A DNA stretch of 64,000 nt from a bacterium (GTDB lineage: Bacteria; Zhuqueibacterota; Zhuqueibacteria; Residuimicrobiales; Krinioviventaceae). The DNA lies in the NCBI GenBank assembly GCA_963675755.2, contig CAXXMD010000003.1:160001-224000 (forward strand), read 5' to 3'. Made by a program: the position numbers and the translations under genes. Positions 50,183 through 62,300 of this stretch are shown in pieces. The first letter of the stretch is position 1, and every line of letters begins with the position of its first letter. A model generated the notes under the pieces. The model had not been told where the DNA came from, made no database searches, and saw only the letters and a program-made list of their open reading frames with translations.

Positions 50183-52075
50183 ATGAAACGTGTACTGTTA
50201 TTGTTACTATTTTTAATTCCATTACAAATCTTTGCGGTATCAAATTTAAAGCTCAATGGTGCTGCTTCCACTACAATCACTTCTTTTCCCGCAGATATTG
50301 TAATGACTTGCGATCTTGCTTCTAATGGAAATTCTGCTCAGGTTGAAGTATATTTGGATTTAGAAGGTAACGGCGTATTGAATGCTACCGATCAAATCAT
50401 TGATTATTCAGTAATCACTGATGGAATTGGCTGGATCACCTATCCGCCTGATCGTGACGAAGACATTATTGGTGACGAAACCGGTGTTAATGGCAAGCTT
50501 CAATCTACACTATCCCTGTCTAATGATCTCGATATTCTCACAGCCGGTACGTTTATTGTCAAAGTTATCGATGCGAATGGTTCTACAGCACAAGCAATTT
50601 TGAATGTAAACATTCAACCTACCCCACCTTATATTACAGGTACTGTAACTGATGAAAACGATGGAACACCTGTAGCGTTGGCAATCGTTTGGGCAGAAAG
50701 CCAATCAGACGAATACGCGGATGGTGCAGGTATTACAGATGCTAATGGTAACTATTTTATTAACGTGGAACCCGGTACTTATAAAGTATCTGCTACCAGT
50801 TACCTTGCCAGCACACATCAGCCATCAGATAGTACCAATGTTACAGTTGGTGAAGGAGAAACAAAAACTGTAAACATTCAAATGCCGCCTTATACTTCCT
50901 ATGTTGAAGGGTATGTTAAAACGGAAGCCGGTGTAGGCGTTCCTGGTATCATGTTATGGGTATACGGAACGGATTTAACTTCTTTATTTAGCAGTTTTAC
51001 ATTTACCAATGAAAGCGGGTATTACAAAGTAGGTGTAATGCCGGGTGAAGTAGCTGTTGGTGCACCATTATTTATTCAGGAAGATATTTCTTCAGATTAC
51101 TATATTGATCCGTCTGTTGATACCCTGACCGTAAATGAAGGACAAACCGCTACTGCAAATTTCACAGCAAAACAATATACAACCTTTATTACAGGTACTT
51201 GTAAAGTTGGTGAAACGCCTCTTGCAGGAGTTGAATTATATGCAACTGCAATTAATATGAGTACATTTGAATTCAATATATATTCAGCTGTTTCCGGAGC
51301 TGATGGTACTTATAAAATGGGTATCAAACCAGGAAATATTCAGGCGCTTATGGCAGAAAAAGATGGTTACACACTAAGTGATCCAGCTAATGGTTATTTC
51401 AGCCTCAGCGTAAGCGAGGGACAAACCCTTGAAAACCAAAACTTTGGTTTTACTGCAGAATCAGATGTCAATTCAATTTCTGGTCAGGTTACATTTGAAA
51501 ATGGTTCCCCGGCTGCGAATGTATATGTAGTTGCAATTGATGATTATGATGAATCCGCAACCAGTTACAGAATCCAATACACGGACGCAAACGGTAATTT
51601 CAGCTTTATAGGACTTGATGACGGCTACTGGAAAGTTGGAGTTTACAAAGACGGTTATTATACAGATCCTTATATGCTTTTTTATGATATTTGGTATTCC
51701 GGTGAACTGACCGGTGCTGACTTTGTATTAAAAGAAGGTCGTCCTACAGGTATTGGTGATCTGGCAGATTCCGCGTCTCCCGAAGCATTTCAACTGTCAC
51801 AAAACTATCCCAATCCTTTCAACCTGAGAACCGGTGCAACTGCTACACAAATCCGTTTTTCTCTCAATACTCACAAAAATGTAGATGTTTCTATTTTTAA
51901 TATCAATGGACAACTTGTCCACAAAGCACATTTGGGTCAAATGACTTCAGGCATTCACAGTTTTCAATGGGACGGTCGAGATATGTCCGGCTCTGTAGTA
52001 CCTTCAGGCACCTATTTTTATCGCTTTAAAGCGGGTGATCAGGTACTAACCAAACAAATGATGATCATCAAATAA
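50183..52075 (+). CDS. Secreted protein with carboxypeptidase-regulatory-like (transthyretin-fold) repeats and CTD
   Basis: GGAGG RBS, ATG 50183. Four 'I.G.V....G.P....V.A......TD.NG.Y....PG.Y' units. [13 protein letters not shown]. Confidence 0.85.
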   Translation: MKRVLLLLLFLIPLQIFAVSNLKLNGAASTTITSFPADIVMTCDLASNGNSAQVEVYLDLEGNGVLNATDQIIDYSVITDGIGWITYPPDRDEDIIGDETGVNGKLQSTLSLSNDLDILTAGTFIVKVIDANGSTAQAILNVNIQPTPPYITGTVTDENDGTPVALAIVWAESQSDEYADGAGITDANGNYFINVEPGTYKVSATSYLASTHQPSDSTNVTVGEGETKTVNIQMPPYTSYVEGYVKTEAGVGVPGIMLWVYGTDLTSLFSSFTFTNESGYYKVGVMPGEVAVGAPLFIQEDISSDYYIDPSVDTLTVNEGQTATANFTAKQYTTFITGTCKVGETPLAGVELYATAINMSTFEFNIYSAVSGADGTYKMGIKPGNIQALMAEKDGYTLSDPANGYFSLSVSEGQTLENQNFGFTAESDVNSISGQVTFENGSPAANVYVVAIDDYDESATSYRIQYTDANGNFSFIGLDDGYWKVGVYKDGYYTDPYMLFYDIWYSGELTGADFVLKEGRPTGIGDLADSASPEAFQLSQNYPNPFNLRTGATATQIRFSLNTHKNVDVSIFNINGQLVHKAHLGQMTSGIHSFQWDGRDMSGSVVPSGTYFYRFKAGDQVLTKQMMIIK

Positions 52076-52083
52076 ACTCTCAG

Positions 52084-52110
52084 GGCCGCGCAAATTCTGC
52101 GCGGCCTGTT
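52084..52110 (+). terminator. Hairpin terminator
   Basis: GGCCGCGCA-AATTC-TGCGCGGCC then TGTT, just after the stop. Confidence 0.7.
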
Positions 52111-52442
52111 ATATCGCTTTGATACACCTTGTTAAATCTTGGAACATTTCACAAATTTTAACACGTTTTCCCGGTTACATCACTTTTAACACAGTAAAAA
52201 TAAAAATGAACATGAAACTGCTGAACACTGGGAATCAACCGGCCTAATTCATTAATAAACAATATATTAAAACTCAAAACATATTGTAGCATTTTAAACT
52301 GTTTCGTTGTATATTATTATTATCTGTGTAAATTTATTTTGGTAAACAAATACAGTAAAGGGGTCTGGTTTTTGCATTTCGGGAGGTACTGTTTTGTATA
52401 TTGGCAATTTTTTACAACATATTGAAAACTTGAGGAAATTGA

Positions 52443-55400
52443 ATGCGGTCATTTATTACAGGTATCCCGATTGTTCTAATAATACTGGTATTGATACCCA
52501 ATGTTTACGCTGGTAATCCCCCTACCCATACAACGCTGTTATATTCCAGCAGTCTCGACAGCGACAATGATCCGGCTGTTGGTCAAATAACTAACAATAG
52601 CGGACAATTTATTACAGGTTCCGGCTGGAAAGCGACGAATGAAAACAGCCAGCTCATGATCAGCTTGCCGGCAGGACTTCCTCTGGAAGGTACTTTTTCA
52701 GTACAGGTAACCAACTTTAATCCTGCTGTACAGAATATTAGCGACAAACAGCAGATCATCAACCTCTATTCTCAAGCAAACGGCAGTAAAGATATTCTGG
52801 GTACCCATGGTTCCTGGATCAATATTCGTACCGGTACCGGTTATTCAGATGGCGCAGGCATGGCCGGTTACAAAATGCTTGCAGCTTATGACGGACAACG
52901 CCTTGAAGACCGGTACATGCAAAGCGCCACATGGAATGTAAGCCGGACTTATGAATTTAAACTGGTTTGGAATGAAACCAGTGTATGGACTATTGTGGAT
53001 GATGTTGTACAGGGCGAAATGGAAATGACCGGTTCACCCACTGAACTTTTCCGTTATATCTTTTTAGGTACTGATAATGTATATGTAGCCCAACCCGGCC
53101 CTATTTACAAGAATATGCGCATTTATTCTTCAGAAGATCCCTCTAGTGATGTATTGCTCTTTACCGATATTACAAGTCAGGCTGGCGTTGGCGGCGTTGA
53201 TCCAGAAGGATATGGCCATGGTGTTAATTTCAGCGATTTTAATCTGGATGGTTATCTCGATATCATGTCATCCAATGCAGGTGGCCCAACCATGCCGGAA
53301 GAATTTTATCTCAACCAGCAAAATAACACTTTTAGCGAAGTTGCATCGTCCAGAAATATCTCTGATGAAGGTCATACGCATGGCATTATCAGTGCAGACT
53401 GGGACAATGATGGTGATCTTGATGTATTTATGACCAATCAACCTGTAAACGCAACCAATCCGCCTCCAGGCAGGAACCGTATGTATCGTAATGACGGTAA
53501 TGGCAATTTCACAGATGTTTCGGATCTGGTTGGTATTGAAGAAGAATATTTTTACAGCCGTGGTGCAGTAGCCTCCGATATTAACAATGACGGTTGGCTT
53601 GATTTGTATGTATTGAACTGGGGTGATCCCAATGTTTTATATTTAAATGATGGTGACGGCACATTTACAAGAGTAAACCGCGGCACAGACGGCCCCGCAG
53701 GTGATGAAAATGGCCGCCAGGGTGTTACTGCTGCAGATGTTGACAATGATGGCGATATAGATTTTTATGTCTGCCGCCGTGAAGCAGAAAACTGGTTATT
53801 CATCAATGACGGCAACGGAAATTTTACCAACGAAGCTCCCGCCCGTGGTGTAAACGTAGGTGACCGCTCACATGGTGCCGCTTTTGTTGATATTGATAAC
53901 GATGGTGACCTTGATCTGTTCATCATGAACTATGCGCTGGGTGGCACAGCTTCTATCCCCAGAATGAGCGCGTTTTACAACAATGGTAATGGTTACTTTA
54001 CTGACCAAACCGACAAATACAATATTTATGTCAGCGGTTATTCATTAATTTTTGGAGATGTTGACAATGATGCCGACCAGGACATGTATCTTATCCGTAA
54101 TGATGAAAAAGAAGAAGGTACAACTCCTAAAATTTATTTAAATGATGGTAACGGTAACCTGACGCTGCGAAATATAGCAGGTGCTTCACCAGCCATTTCT
54201 GCTGCTCGTGGAGCAGGATTTGGTGATATTGATAATGACGGCGACCTAGATGCTTATATTGCAGCCGTTTATACCGATAATGTTTTATTACGTAACGACC
54301 TTAGCAGCGACAATCATTATATCGATGTTTTATGTATAGGCCCTGGTGGCGATTACGGTGGCTATGGCTCCAAAGTCAGTGTGTATGAATCGGGTCATAT
54401 GGGTGACGTCAACTATTTACTGGGTTACCAGGAAGCGGTTACAACGGTTGCTTACATGTGTCAAAATCAAACTGCACTGCATTTTGGCCTTGCACAAAAT
54501 ACAGCCTGTGATATCAAAGTAGAATTTACAAACGGACAAATTGCAGAATATTATTCTGTTTCAGCAGACCAGTTTTTTGAAGTAACTGCCAACCCACCTG
54601 TTCCCACATCCATAGCAAGGGTTTCAAATGCAGTTCTTTCCGGTCCCGCCGGACAGGTACTTGCAGATTCCGCGAAAATCCAGGTAGTGGATGAAAGCGG
54701 ACGTGGCGTTCCAAACCATACAGTCTCTTTTCAGATAACCAATGGTGGTGGTACACTGAATGGTTCTACCCGCACACAAGTAGATACAACAACAGACAAC
54801 CACGGATACGCCGCAATCGGTTGGAAAATGGGAACAGATGTAGATATTATTAACACATTGTCTGTCAGCGCCCAAAACGAAGGTATTGATTTGATTGGGT
54901 CACCCATGAATTTCACAGCCAATGTGAATCCCGGCGTAGATACGCTCATAACAAAACAAGCTGGAGATCTTCAAAACTCGGTTCCGGAAATTCCTCTACC
55001 CGATTCAATCCAGGTATTGATTCACGATACATGGGGTAATCCTCATCCCAATGTTAATGTAAACTTTACAGTCATCAGCGGAAACGGTAACATTGACGGA
55101 TCGGCAACCAAAATTGTTCAGACCAATGCGGCAGGTATTGCTTCCGTACAATGGACCCTGGGTGAAGCAGAAGGTGAAAACGCACATTCACTAAAAGCGT
55201 CTCTGGTTTCCGCACCCTTGACCAGTGTAACCTTTTTGGCCTCAACATCTTTGGCTCCTATTAAAACTTTGAAATATATTTCCGGAAATAATCAGACCGG
55301 TACAGTAACACAAGATCTTGCAAATCCCTTTGTTGTACAGTTGTTAGACAGTCTGGGAAATCCCCGTGGTGGCTTTGATATTCTTTTCAAGGTAACCGGT

Positions 55401-58400
55401 GGAAGCGGCAATCTTGATGGTCAAACCGAACAAACTGTTAAAACAGATGTAACCGGTAAAGCCTCTGCAACACTAACTCTGGGACAAACAGCCGGAACAA
55501 ATCTCCACACTGTTGAAGCAAGCTATGCGGAATTGGATGATAAAATAGTTTTCACCGCATCCGCAACATCAGGTACTGCCAGCAAAATCAGCAAGACAAG
55601 TGGAGACAACCAGAGCGCAGGTGTAGGACAAACATTGACAAACCCTCTTAAAGTCAGGGTATTGGATGTTTATAACAATCCTGTTTCAGGACATTCTGTA
55701 ATTTTCACCGTCAACAATAACAAGGGTCTTGTTAACAACAATCTGTCGGCAACCGTACAAACCGATGCCAGTGGTTATGCTACTGCTAATTTCACCATGG
55801 ATGACGAGCCGGGAACGCATTCTGTAACAGTTACTTCAACATATAATAATGTTCCTTTAACAGGTTCGCCCATTACTTTTACTGCAACTGCTACATCAGA
55901 GCCAACCACACTCGTCAAAGTATCCGGAGACAGTACATCCGGTATAGTTGGCCAGCCTATAACTTTGCCGCTTCAGGTCAAAGTTACCGATGACAATGGT
56001 TTTCCGGTCAGCAATTATCCCGTTACTTTTGTTTCTGAAAGCGGTGGAGCAACATTTGAAGGGAATCTTCAAATTCAACAAACCACCAATGAACAGGGTA
56101 TTGCATCTGTCTATCCTACTCTGGGTGAACGTATTGGACCATATGTATATGTTTTTACCGCTAAAGCATTTTTTGAAGGCGGATCGCACCTGAACGGTTC
56201 TCCACTGACATTTCGTTTATCTGCAAAAAGCACCCGTGCCGAAAAGATAGAGCTGATTGCCGGTGCAAACCAAAACGGTCAGGCGGGTGAATATCTGGCA
56301 AGTGCAATTCAGGTGCTGGTTACAGACAATGAAAATAATGTAATAGCCAATCACAATGTAAATTTTACAGTCAAACAGGGCAGCGGTAAATTAGGCACCA
56401 GTAAAGCTAACAGCTTGACCATTAAATCCGGGACAAACGGTGTTGCCAAAGTTAATTTCATGCTTGGCAGCGAAATTGGTGACAGTGTTCATGTAGTAGA
56501 GATCACCTCGGATGATGGTATAGAGACACTCGAAAACTCGCCTCTTTATGCATATGGAAGTGCCGAATACGGCCAACCGAACGCAGACAGTTCAAAACTA
56601 TATATTTCCGATTCCGTTGTACCTGCAGATGGCACCTCAGAATTGCTGATATCTGCACAATTAAAAGATTCGCAGGGACTACCAGTTCCCGGTGAAGCGA
56701 TTGAATTTATGATTACTGGTGAAGGAAATACCATAACACAGTCAGAAGATCCTTCCGATGAAAATGGCATGGTCAGTGCACGTATCACTTCAACGGTTGC
56801 GGAGAGTAAAACAGTAACCGCAAAAGTGACAGATAAAGCAATAACCATAAATGATACCAAAGTTGTTGAATTTACAGCCGGCTCTGCGGATGCAATAGAG
56901 ATCGTTTCCGGTGATGGCCAATCCGGTACTATCAATTCAGTTTTGCAGCAGCCGCTTATCGTTCAGGTTGTAGATGCAATGGGTAATCCCATATCAAACC
57001 ATCCGGTGCAATTTGCAATTGCTTCTGGCAATGGATCACTTGATCCTGCACAGGTAGATAATACTGATGAATCGGGTAAAACCCAAACCAACTGGATTTT
57101 GGGTCCACAAATTGGTTCTCAAACAGTAACAGCAACGGCACAAGGCATTGCCCAATCCGTGACCTTTACCGCAACCGCGCAAATGCCAGGAACAGCATAT
57201 ATCACCAAAGTTAAAGGTGATGAACAATTTGCCTCACCCGGTACAATATTCAGCGATTCCCTAACGGTCAAGATTGTTGACGAAAACAATAAACCCATCA
57301 GCGGTACACCGGTTAAATTCAGCATAGAACAAGGTGACGCGTCTTTTACCAGTATTTCATCAATAAACAGCGATAGTTATGGTTTAGCCAGAATCCAACT
57401 TTTGGCCGGAGAACTTTTAGGTACTGTAACCATAAACGCGTCAATCAATGAAACATCAAGTGTTGATTTCCTCTGCTCGGTTTCCTCCTCCCTGCCCGAT
57501 ACGCTGATCCACGTTTTGGGAGATAATACAGAAGGTACTGTCGATGCTACGGTTTATCCGCTTACTGTCAAAGTGCTTGATAATAACGGAGTAGCCATCT
57601 CGGGTGTGCCCATAACCTTTGCCAGCCTGACTGAAGGCGGCCAGGTAATGGATGAGCAGCCAATTCGTACAACCAGTAATGGTCAAGCATCCGCACGGGT
57701 AAAACTGGGAACCCTTGCTGGTGAATATATTTTTACCGCATCAAACGCAACACTTAAAGGTTCACCGGTAACTTTTACACTTACTGCACTGCCTGACAAT
57801 GCATCTGACATAGTTGTTGTCAGTGGCAACGAGCAAACCGGTGAAGCACTTGCAACTCTGGCAGATTCTCTTACGGTAAAGGTTGTAGATGAATATCAAA
57901 ACGGTATTCCCGGTGTACAGGTGGTATTTACAGTAGGTTCAGGCCAGGGAAGCATTCAAGCAGAATCACCATTGATTACCAATGACAATGGCCTGGCTTC
58001 CGCAGAATGGACATTGGGCGCATCTGGTACACAGCTGGTAAATGTAACTTCTGGTGTGCTTCCCGGAAAATCAGCCCAGTTTACAGCGAACTTGAAAGCG
58101 AATAATCTACCGGTCATTCAGGTAGTCACAGATACAACCGTAACTGAAAATCAGACTTTGATCTTTACAGTACAGGCAAGCGATCCTGAAGGTACTGAAG
58201 TAACATTGTCTGCATCAAATCTTCCGGCAGGAGCGGAATTTGATTCGCTCGAAACCTGGCAGTTCAGTTGGACACCCGGATACAATTCTCAGGGAGATTA
58301 TACCATTCGCTTCTCGGCAACGGATGAAAATGGCGGTACAGCAACTCAAGATGTTGTCCTGCATGTTGCAAACATGAACCGTAAACCGGTTGTACAGTCC

Positions 58401-59228
58401 ACAATACCAGAGCAGACTGCACTTTCGCTGAATTTATATGCAATCTCTGCATTCGAAGTTCATGTTACAGATGCTGATAACGATCCTTTAACATTTCTAT
58501 GGTTTGTAGACAAGAATCCGGTAAGCACACCGGAAGATTCAAACAGATTGATCATTCAGCCAAACAGTTCATGGCCGCAGCAATTCAAAGTTGATGTAAA
58601 CATAACCGATGGAATTGACACAACCCATCACGCATGGACAATTGATATTAGCAGCAGCATAGAGCTTGCCGCTTTTGAAGCATATGCTGACAAGGACCTG
58701 GTTACCATTACCTGGGAAACAGCAAGTGAGCACAACACAGCAGGCTTTAACCTGTATCGCGCTCCGGGAAAACTTGGACCCTATACCAAAATCAATTCGG
58801 AATTGATTTTACCTGTACCTGGTGGTGAATACGAAATTCAAGACAAGCCCGGTGCAGAGACATTAAACTGGTATTACAAACTTGAAGAAATGGAATATTC
58901 AGGTCGCACAGAATCCTTTGACCCAATTCAGATACAAATTGCAGTGCCGACTGATAATATATTGCATCAGAATTATCCAAATCCGTTCAACCCAACAACA
59001 ACACTGCAATACGAGTTGAACAAAACGCAGCAAATTGATATCTATATCTTTAACATACACGGTCAACTGGTCCGCACAGTCTATTCAGGCAAACAAAAAG
59101 CCGGATATCATCAAATCATGTGGGACAGTAAAAACGATAACGGCATTTCTGTTACCTCCGGCATCTATTATTGCTGTATGGTAGGCACCGGATACCGAAA
59201 TACCATTAAATTAGTATTACTAAAATAA
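52443..59228 (+). CDS. Giant secreted protein: PTHT beta-sandwich, FG-GAP/ASPIC, about 10 invasin/Big_1-like Ig domains, cadherin-like domain, PVEL-type domain, CTD
   Basis: Signal peptide. DxDNDGDxD repeats. Repeated 'SG.NQ.G.....L..PL.V.V.D..GNP.....V.F.V..G.G.......TD..G.A.....LG' units. [11 protein letters not shown]. Confidence 0.88.
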   Translation: MRSFITGIPIVLIILVLIPNVYAGNPPTHTTLLYSSSLDSDNDPAVGQITNNSGQFITGSGWKATNENSQLMISLPAGLPLEGTFSVQVTNFNPAVQNISDKQQIINLYSQANGSKDILGTHGSWINIRTGTGYSDGAGMAGYKMLAAYDGQRLEDRYMQSATWNVSRTYEFKLVWNETSVWTIVDDVVQGEMEMTGSPTELFRYIFLGTDNVYVAQPGPIYKNMRIYSSEDPSSDVLLFTDITSQAGVGGVDPEGYGHGVNFSDFNLDGYLDIMSSNAGGPTMPEEFYLNQQNNTFSEVASSRNISDEGHTHGIISADWDNDGDLDVFMTNQPVNATNPPPGRNRMYRNDGNGNFTDVSDLVGIEEEYFYSRGAVASDINNDGWLDLYVLNWGDPNVLYLNDGDGTFTRVNRGTDGPAGDENGRQGVTAADVDNDGDIDFYVCRREAENWLFINDGNGNFTNEAPARGVNVGDRSHGAAFVDIDNDGDLDLFIMNYALGGTASIPRMSAFYNNGNGYFTDQTDKYNIYVSGYSLIFGDVDNDADQDMYLIRNDEKEEGTTPKIYLNDGNGNLTLRNIAGASPAISAARGAGFGDIDNDGDLDAYIAAVYTDNVLLRNDLSSDNHYIDVLCIGPGGDYGGYGSKVSVYESGHMGDVNYLLGYQEAVTTVAYMCQNQTALHFGLAQNTACDIKVEFTNGQIAEYYSVSADQFFEVTANPPVPTSIARVSNAVLSGPAGQVLADSAKIQVVDESGRGVPNHTVSFQITNGGGTLNGSTRTQVDTTTDNHGYAAIGWKMGTDVDIINTLSVSAQNEGIDLIGSPMNFTANVNPGVDTLITKQAGDLQNSVPEIPLPDSIQVLIHDTWGNPHPNVNVNFTVISGNGNIDGSATKIVQTNAAGIASVQWTLGEAEGENAHSLKASLVSAPLTSVTFLASTSLAPIKTLKYISGNNQTGTVTQDLANPFVVQLLDSLGNPRGGFDILFKVTGGSGNLDGQTEQTVKTDVTGKASATLTLGQTAGTNLHTVEASYAELDDKIVFTASATSGTASKISKTSGDNQSAGVGQTLTNPLKVRVLDVYNNPVSGHSVIFTVNNNKGLVNNNLSATVQTDASGYATANFTMDDEPGTHSVTVTSTYNNVPLTGSPITFTATATSEPTTLVKVSGDSTSGIVGQPITLPLQVKVTDDNGFPVSNYPVTFVSESGGATFEGNLQIQQTTNEQGIASVYPTLGERIGPYVYVFTAKAFFEGGSHLNGSPLTFRLSAKSTRAEKIELIAGANQNGQAGEYLASAIQVLVTDNENNVIANHNVNFTVKQGSGKLGTSKANSLTIKSGTNGVAKVNFMLGSEIGDSVHVVEITSDDGIETLENSPLYAYGSAEYGQPNADSSKLYISDSVVPADGTSELLISAQLKDSQGLPVPGEAIEFMITGEGNTITQSEDPSDENGMVSARITSTVAESKTVTAKVTDKAITINDTKVVEFTAGSADAIEIVSGDGQSGTINSVLQQPLIVQVVDAMGNPISNHPVQFAIASGNGSLDPAQVDNTDESGKTQTNWILGPQIGSQTVTATAQGIAQSVTFTATAQMPGTAYITKVKGDEQFASPGTIFSDSLTVKIVDENNKPISGTPVKFSIEQGDASFTSISSINSDSYGLARIQLLAGELLGTVTINASINETSSVDFLCSVSSSLPDTLIHVLGDNTEGTVDATVYPLTVKVLDNNGVAISGVPITFASLTEGGQVMDEQPIRTTSNGQASARVKLGTLAGEYIFTASNATLKGSPVTFTLTALPDNASDIVVVSGNEQTGEALATLADSLTVKVVDEYQNGIPGVQVVFTVGSGQGSIQAESPLITNDNGLASAEWTLGASGTQLVNVTSGVLPGKSAQFTANLKANNLPVIQVVTDTTVTENQTLIFTVQASDPEGTEVTLSASNLPAGAEFDSLETWQFSWTPGYNSQGDYTIRFSATDENGGTATQDVVLHVANMNRKPVVQSTIPEQTALSLNLYAISAFEVHVTDADNDPLTFLWFVDKNPVSTPEDSNRLIIQPNSSWPQQFKVDVNITDGIDTTHHAWTIDISSSIELAAFEAYADKDLVTITWETASEHNTAGFNLYRAPGKLGPYTKINSELILPVPGGEYEIQDKPGAETLNWYYKLEEMEYSGRTESFDPIQIQIAVPTDNILHQNYPNPFNPTTTLQYELNKTQQIDIYIFNIHGQLVRTVYSGKQKAGYHQIMWDSKNDNGISVTSGIYYCCMVGTGYRNTIKLVLLK

Positions 59229-59308
59229 GTCTCTGTTTTGAAAAAAAAACAAAAATCCTTATATTGCCATGTAAGCGTGGTATAAACAAAATGTTAGCGG
59301 GTATGCTC

Positions 59309-62300
59309 ATGTATAAAAAAACATTTAGGTTATTCTCAGTTGCTTTGGTCTTTCTTTGTGCATCTATAGCTACAGCACAAGTCCCACCCACCCATACATC
59401 TGTTCTCTATCAGGATGATCTGGTCAGTGCGGGTCAAAAAGATATTGGCTATATTACAAACAGCAACGGTTCATTTCAAGCCGATGGGTGGAAAACTACC
59501 GGTCCCAGCAGCAAACTGGTTGTAGAATTGAATGAATTTTTGCCGCATGAAGGTACAATGCAGGTAAAGATCAAAAATCTAAACCCGGCCACTCAGGTGA
59601 ATAACGATTGGAGTTTAATGTCTTTATGGTCCAGGTCTGCTGGAAGCTGGCGCGATATGAACAGTACTCCCGGTTCTTATGTATTATTGAAAACCGAACC
59701 GGACGCACAGTACATTTCTGGCGGCAATGTAGCCTGGAAATTGGTTGAAACTCCGTTTTATGGTGGAGATACAGGCAATCCCAATGCCATGAACATCTCT
59801 AATACAACCATGCAGACATGGGATGCTACAATGGAGCATACATTCAAGATCATCTGGAATCCACAATACCTTTGGATCGTTATTGATGGTGAGATGGTAA
59901 AAAGAAAAGCATACAAAGACCAGATCGAAAATTTTGAATACATTTTCCTGGGTTCAGATAATGAATACGGCTCTATGGCCGGCCCTACATTTACCGACTT
60001 GCAGATCCTGGTACCTTCCAGCAGTTATAGTTTTGAAAATGTCACCAAATCTGCAGATCTGGCTTCAGATATGATTTTTGGTGAACAGGGAGTTTCTCTT
60101 GTTGATCTGAACAATGACGGACTGGATGATATTTATCTTAATTACTGTAATACTGCAGATGGTATTCCTAATGCCCTTTATATGAACAGCAATTCACAAC
60201 TCTTTACCGAAGATGCCGGTTCAGCAGGTATAGACAATACCAACTGTTCAAACTCTTCTACTTTTGCAGATTTTGATGGCGATGGCGACATTGACCTCTT
60301 TATCGCCAAAGTCAATTCACCAAATAAATTATATATCAATAATGGCAGTGGAGTATTCAGTGATCAATCCACATCCAGAGGTATCAGCTCACTGAACTAT
60401 AGCACTGTAAATGCAATGGCGATTGATATTGAAAATGATGGCGACCTTGATATTTTTGCAGTAAGCAGCACTCAAAATCATGAATTATATGTAAACCAGG
60501 GTGACGGCACATTTTCACTCGAAACCCGCGGCACCAACAATCCTACAGGTGCGGTAATGGGCGCAGTTGCCGGTGATGTCAACAACGATGGTTTCGTAGA
60601 TATCTTTATCGCACAGCGTAGTGCAGCCTGTGGCTTACTCATTAATGATGGTACAGGTAATTTCTCTAACGAAGCAGCAAGCAGAAATGCCAACCAATCA
60701 ATTAAAGCCAATAATCCCACAATGATGGATTATGATAATGATGGTGACCTTGATATTTTCCTGGCACCATCCAGTACATCCACAACCCCTGATCCCAGAG
60801 TACTGGTACTTAAAAACAATGGTAACGGTGTATTTACCGACATTTCAAATACAGCAAATATCAATATTGAAGCATATGGTCTGGTATCCGGAGATATCGA
60901 CAATGATGGTTATGAAGATCTGTATGCGGTACGCAGTAACCGTCGCGATGTTGTTGATGACCACTCTTCACGTATCTATCTCAACAATGGTGATGATACA
61001 TTTACCGCATTGACGGGTACTGGCGCAGAAGCAATTTTTTCAGATGGACGCGCTGGAATCATGATGGATTATGATAATGATGGTTTATTGGATCTTTATG
61101 GTGTTTCCAAAGGGAATCTTTATAACGGTTCAAGTTATGATACCATTGATTTTGGTCGCAATCAATTGCTCAAAAACACAACAGAAACACCCAACAACTG
61201 GCTCAAAGTTGTTGTAAATGATATTGCCGGTAATCCCGATGGTATTGGAGCCAAAATTTGGGTTTATGAAGCAGGACGTAATTTTAGTAACGACTATCTA
61301 ATCGGATATCGTGATGTATACGCTATGCAAGGCTATACATCTCAAGGTTCAATGACACAACATTTTGGTGTTGGTTCAAACACACAGGTTGATGTAAAAA
61401 TACAAATGCCGGGCGAAGAAGCCAAAACAATAAATAATGTAGTTGTAAACCGTACCGTTGAGTTTAATCCTTCACTTGTAGTGCCGCACCATATCAACGT
61501 ATCAGGTCACGATCAGACAGGTATTGCGGGCAACACACTTGCAAATCCATTACAGGTATATGTATATGCTGAAGACTCTACTCCTGCACCGGGCATTACA
61601 GTTCAATTTGACGTAACTGCCGGTGGTGGCACATTAGACGGAAATACTGAAACCCAGATTATAACCACTACAGATGAAAACGGACTTGCAGAAGTAACCT
61701 GGAAAATGGGAACCACTGCCGGTCAGGAAAACACTGTACGTGTAACTTCGTCATATAATGGTTCCGAACTTGAAGGTTCTCCTTTTGACGCCAGCATTAC
61801 ACCCGTTGCAGGTGATCCTGCCAAACTGGTAAAATCATCTGGAGACGCACAAACTGGTTATATTTTACAGTTTCTGGATAATCCAATCATTGCGCAAGTA
61901 ACAGATGCATTTAATAATCCTGTAGCAGGGCATAATGTTATTTTCACAATTTCAACGGGTGGTGGTTCGGTTGATCAATCCGGCACATCCACTTTCCAGG
62001 TACAAACCGATCAGGGTGGGCTTGCACAAGTGAACTGGCTTTTGGGTGAAACCATTGGTACACAAACCCTGAATGCAACTTCAACTTTTGATAGTAACCC
62101 GCTGACAAACAGTCCATTGTCTTTCAGTGCTACCGGTTTAGCCCCACAGCAAAAGCTACAATATCAATCAGGTAATTACCAAACAAAATTGATCAACAGT
62201 GCTCTTGATCCTTTTACAGTTCAAGTTGTTGACTTTACAGATGCTCCCATTTCGGGTGAAGAAATTGAATTCAAAGTTATTTCCGGCAATGGTACATTTG

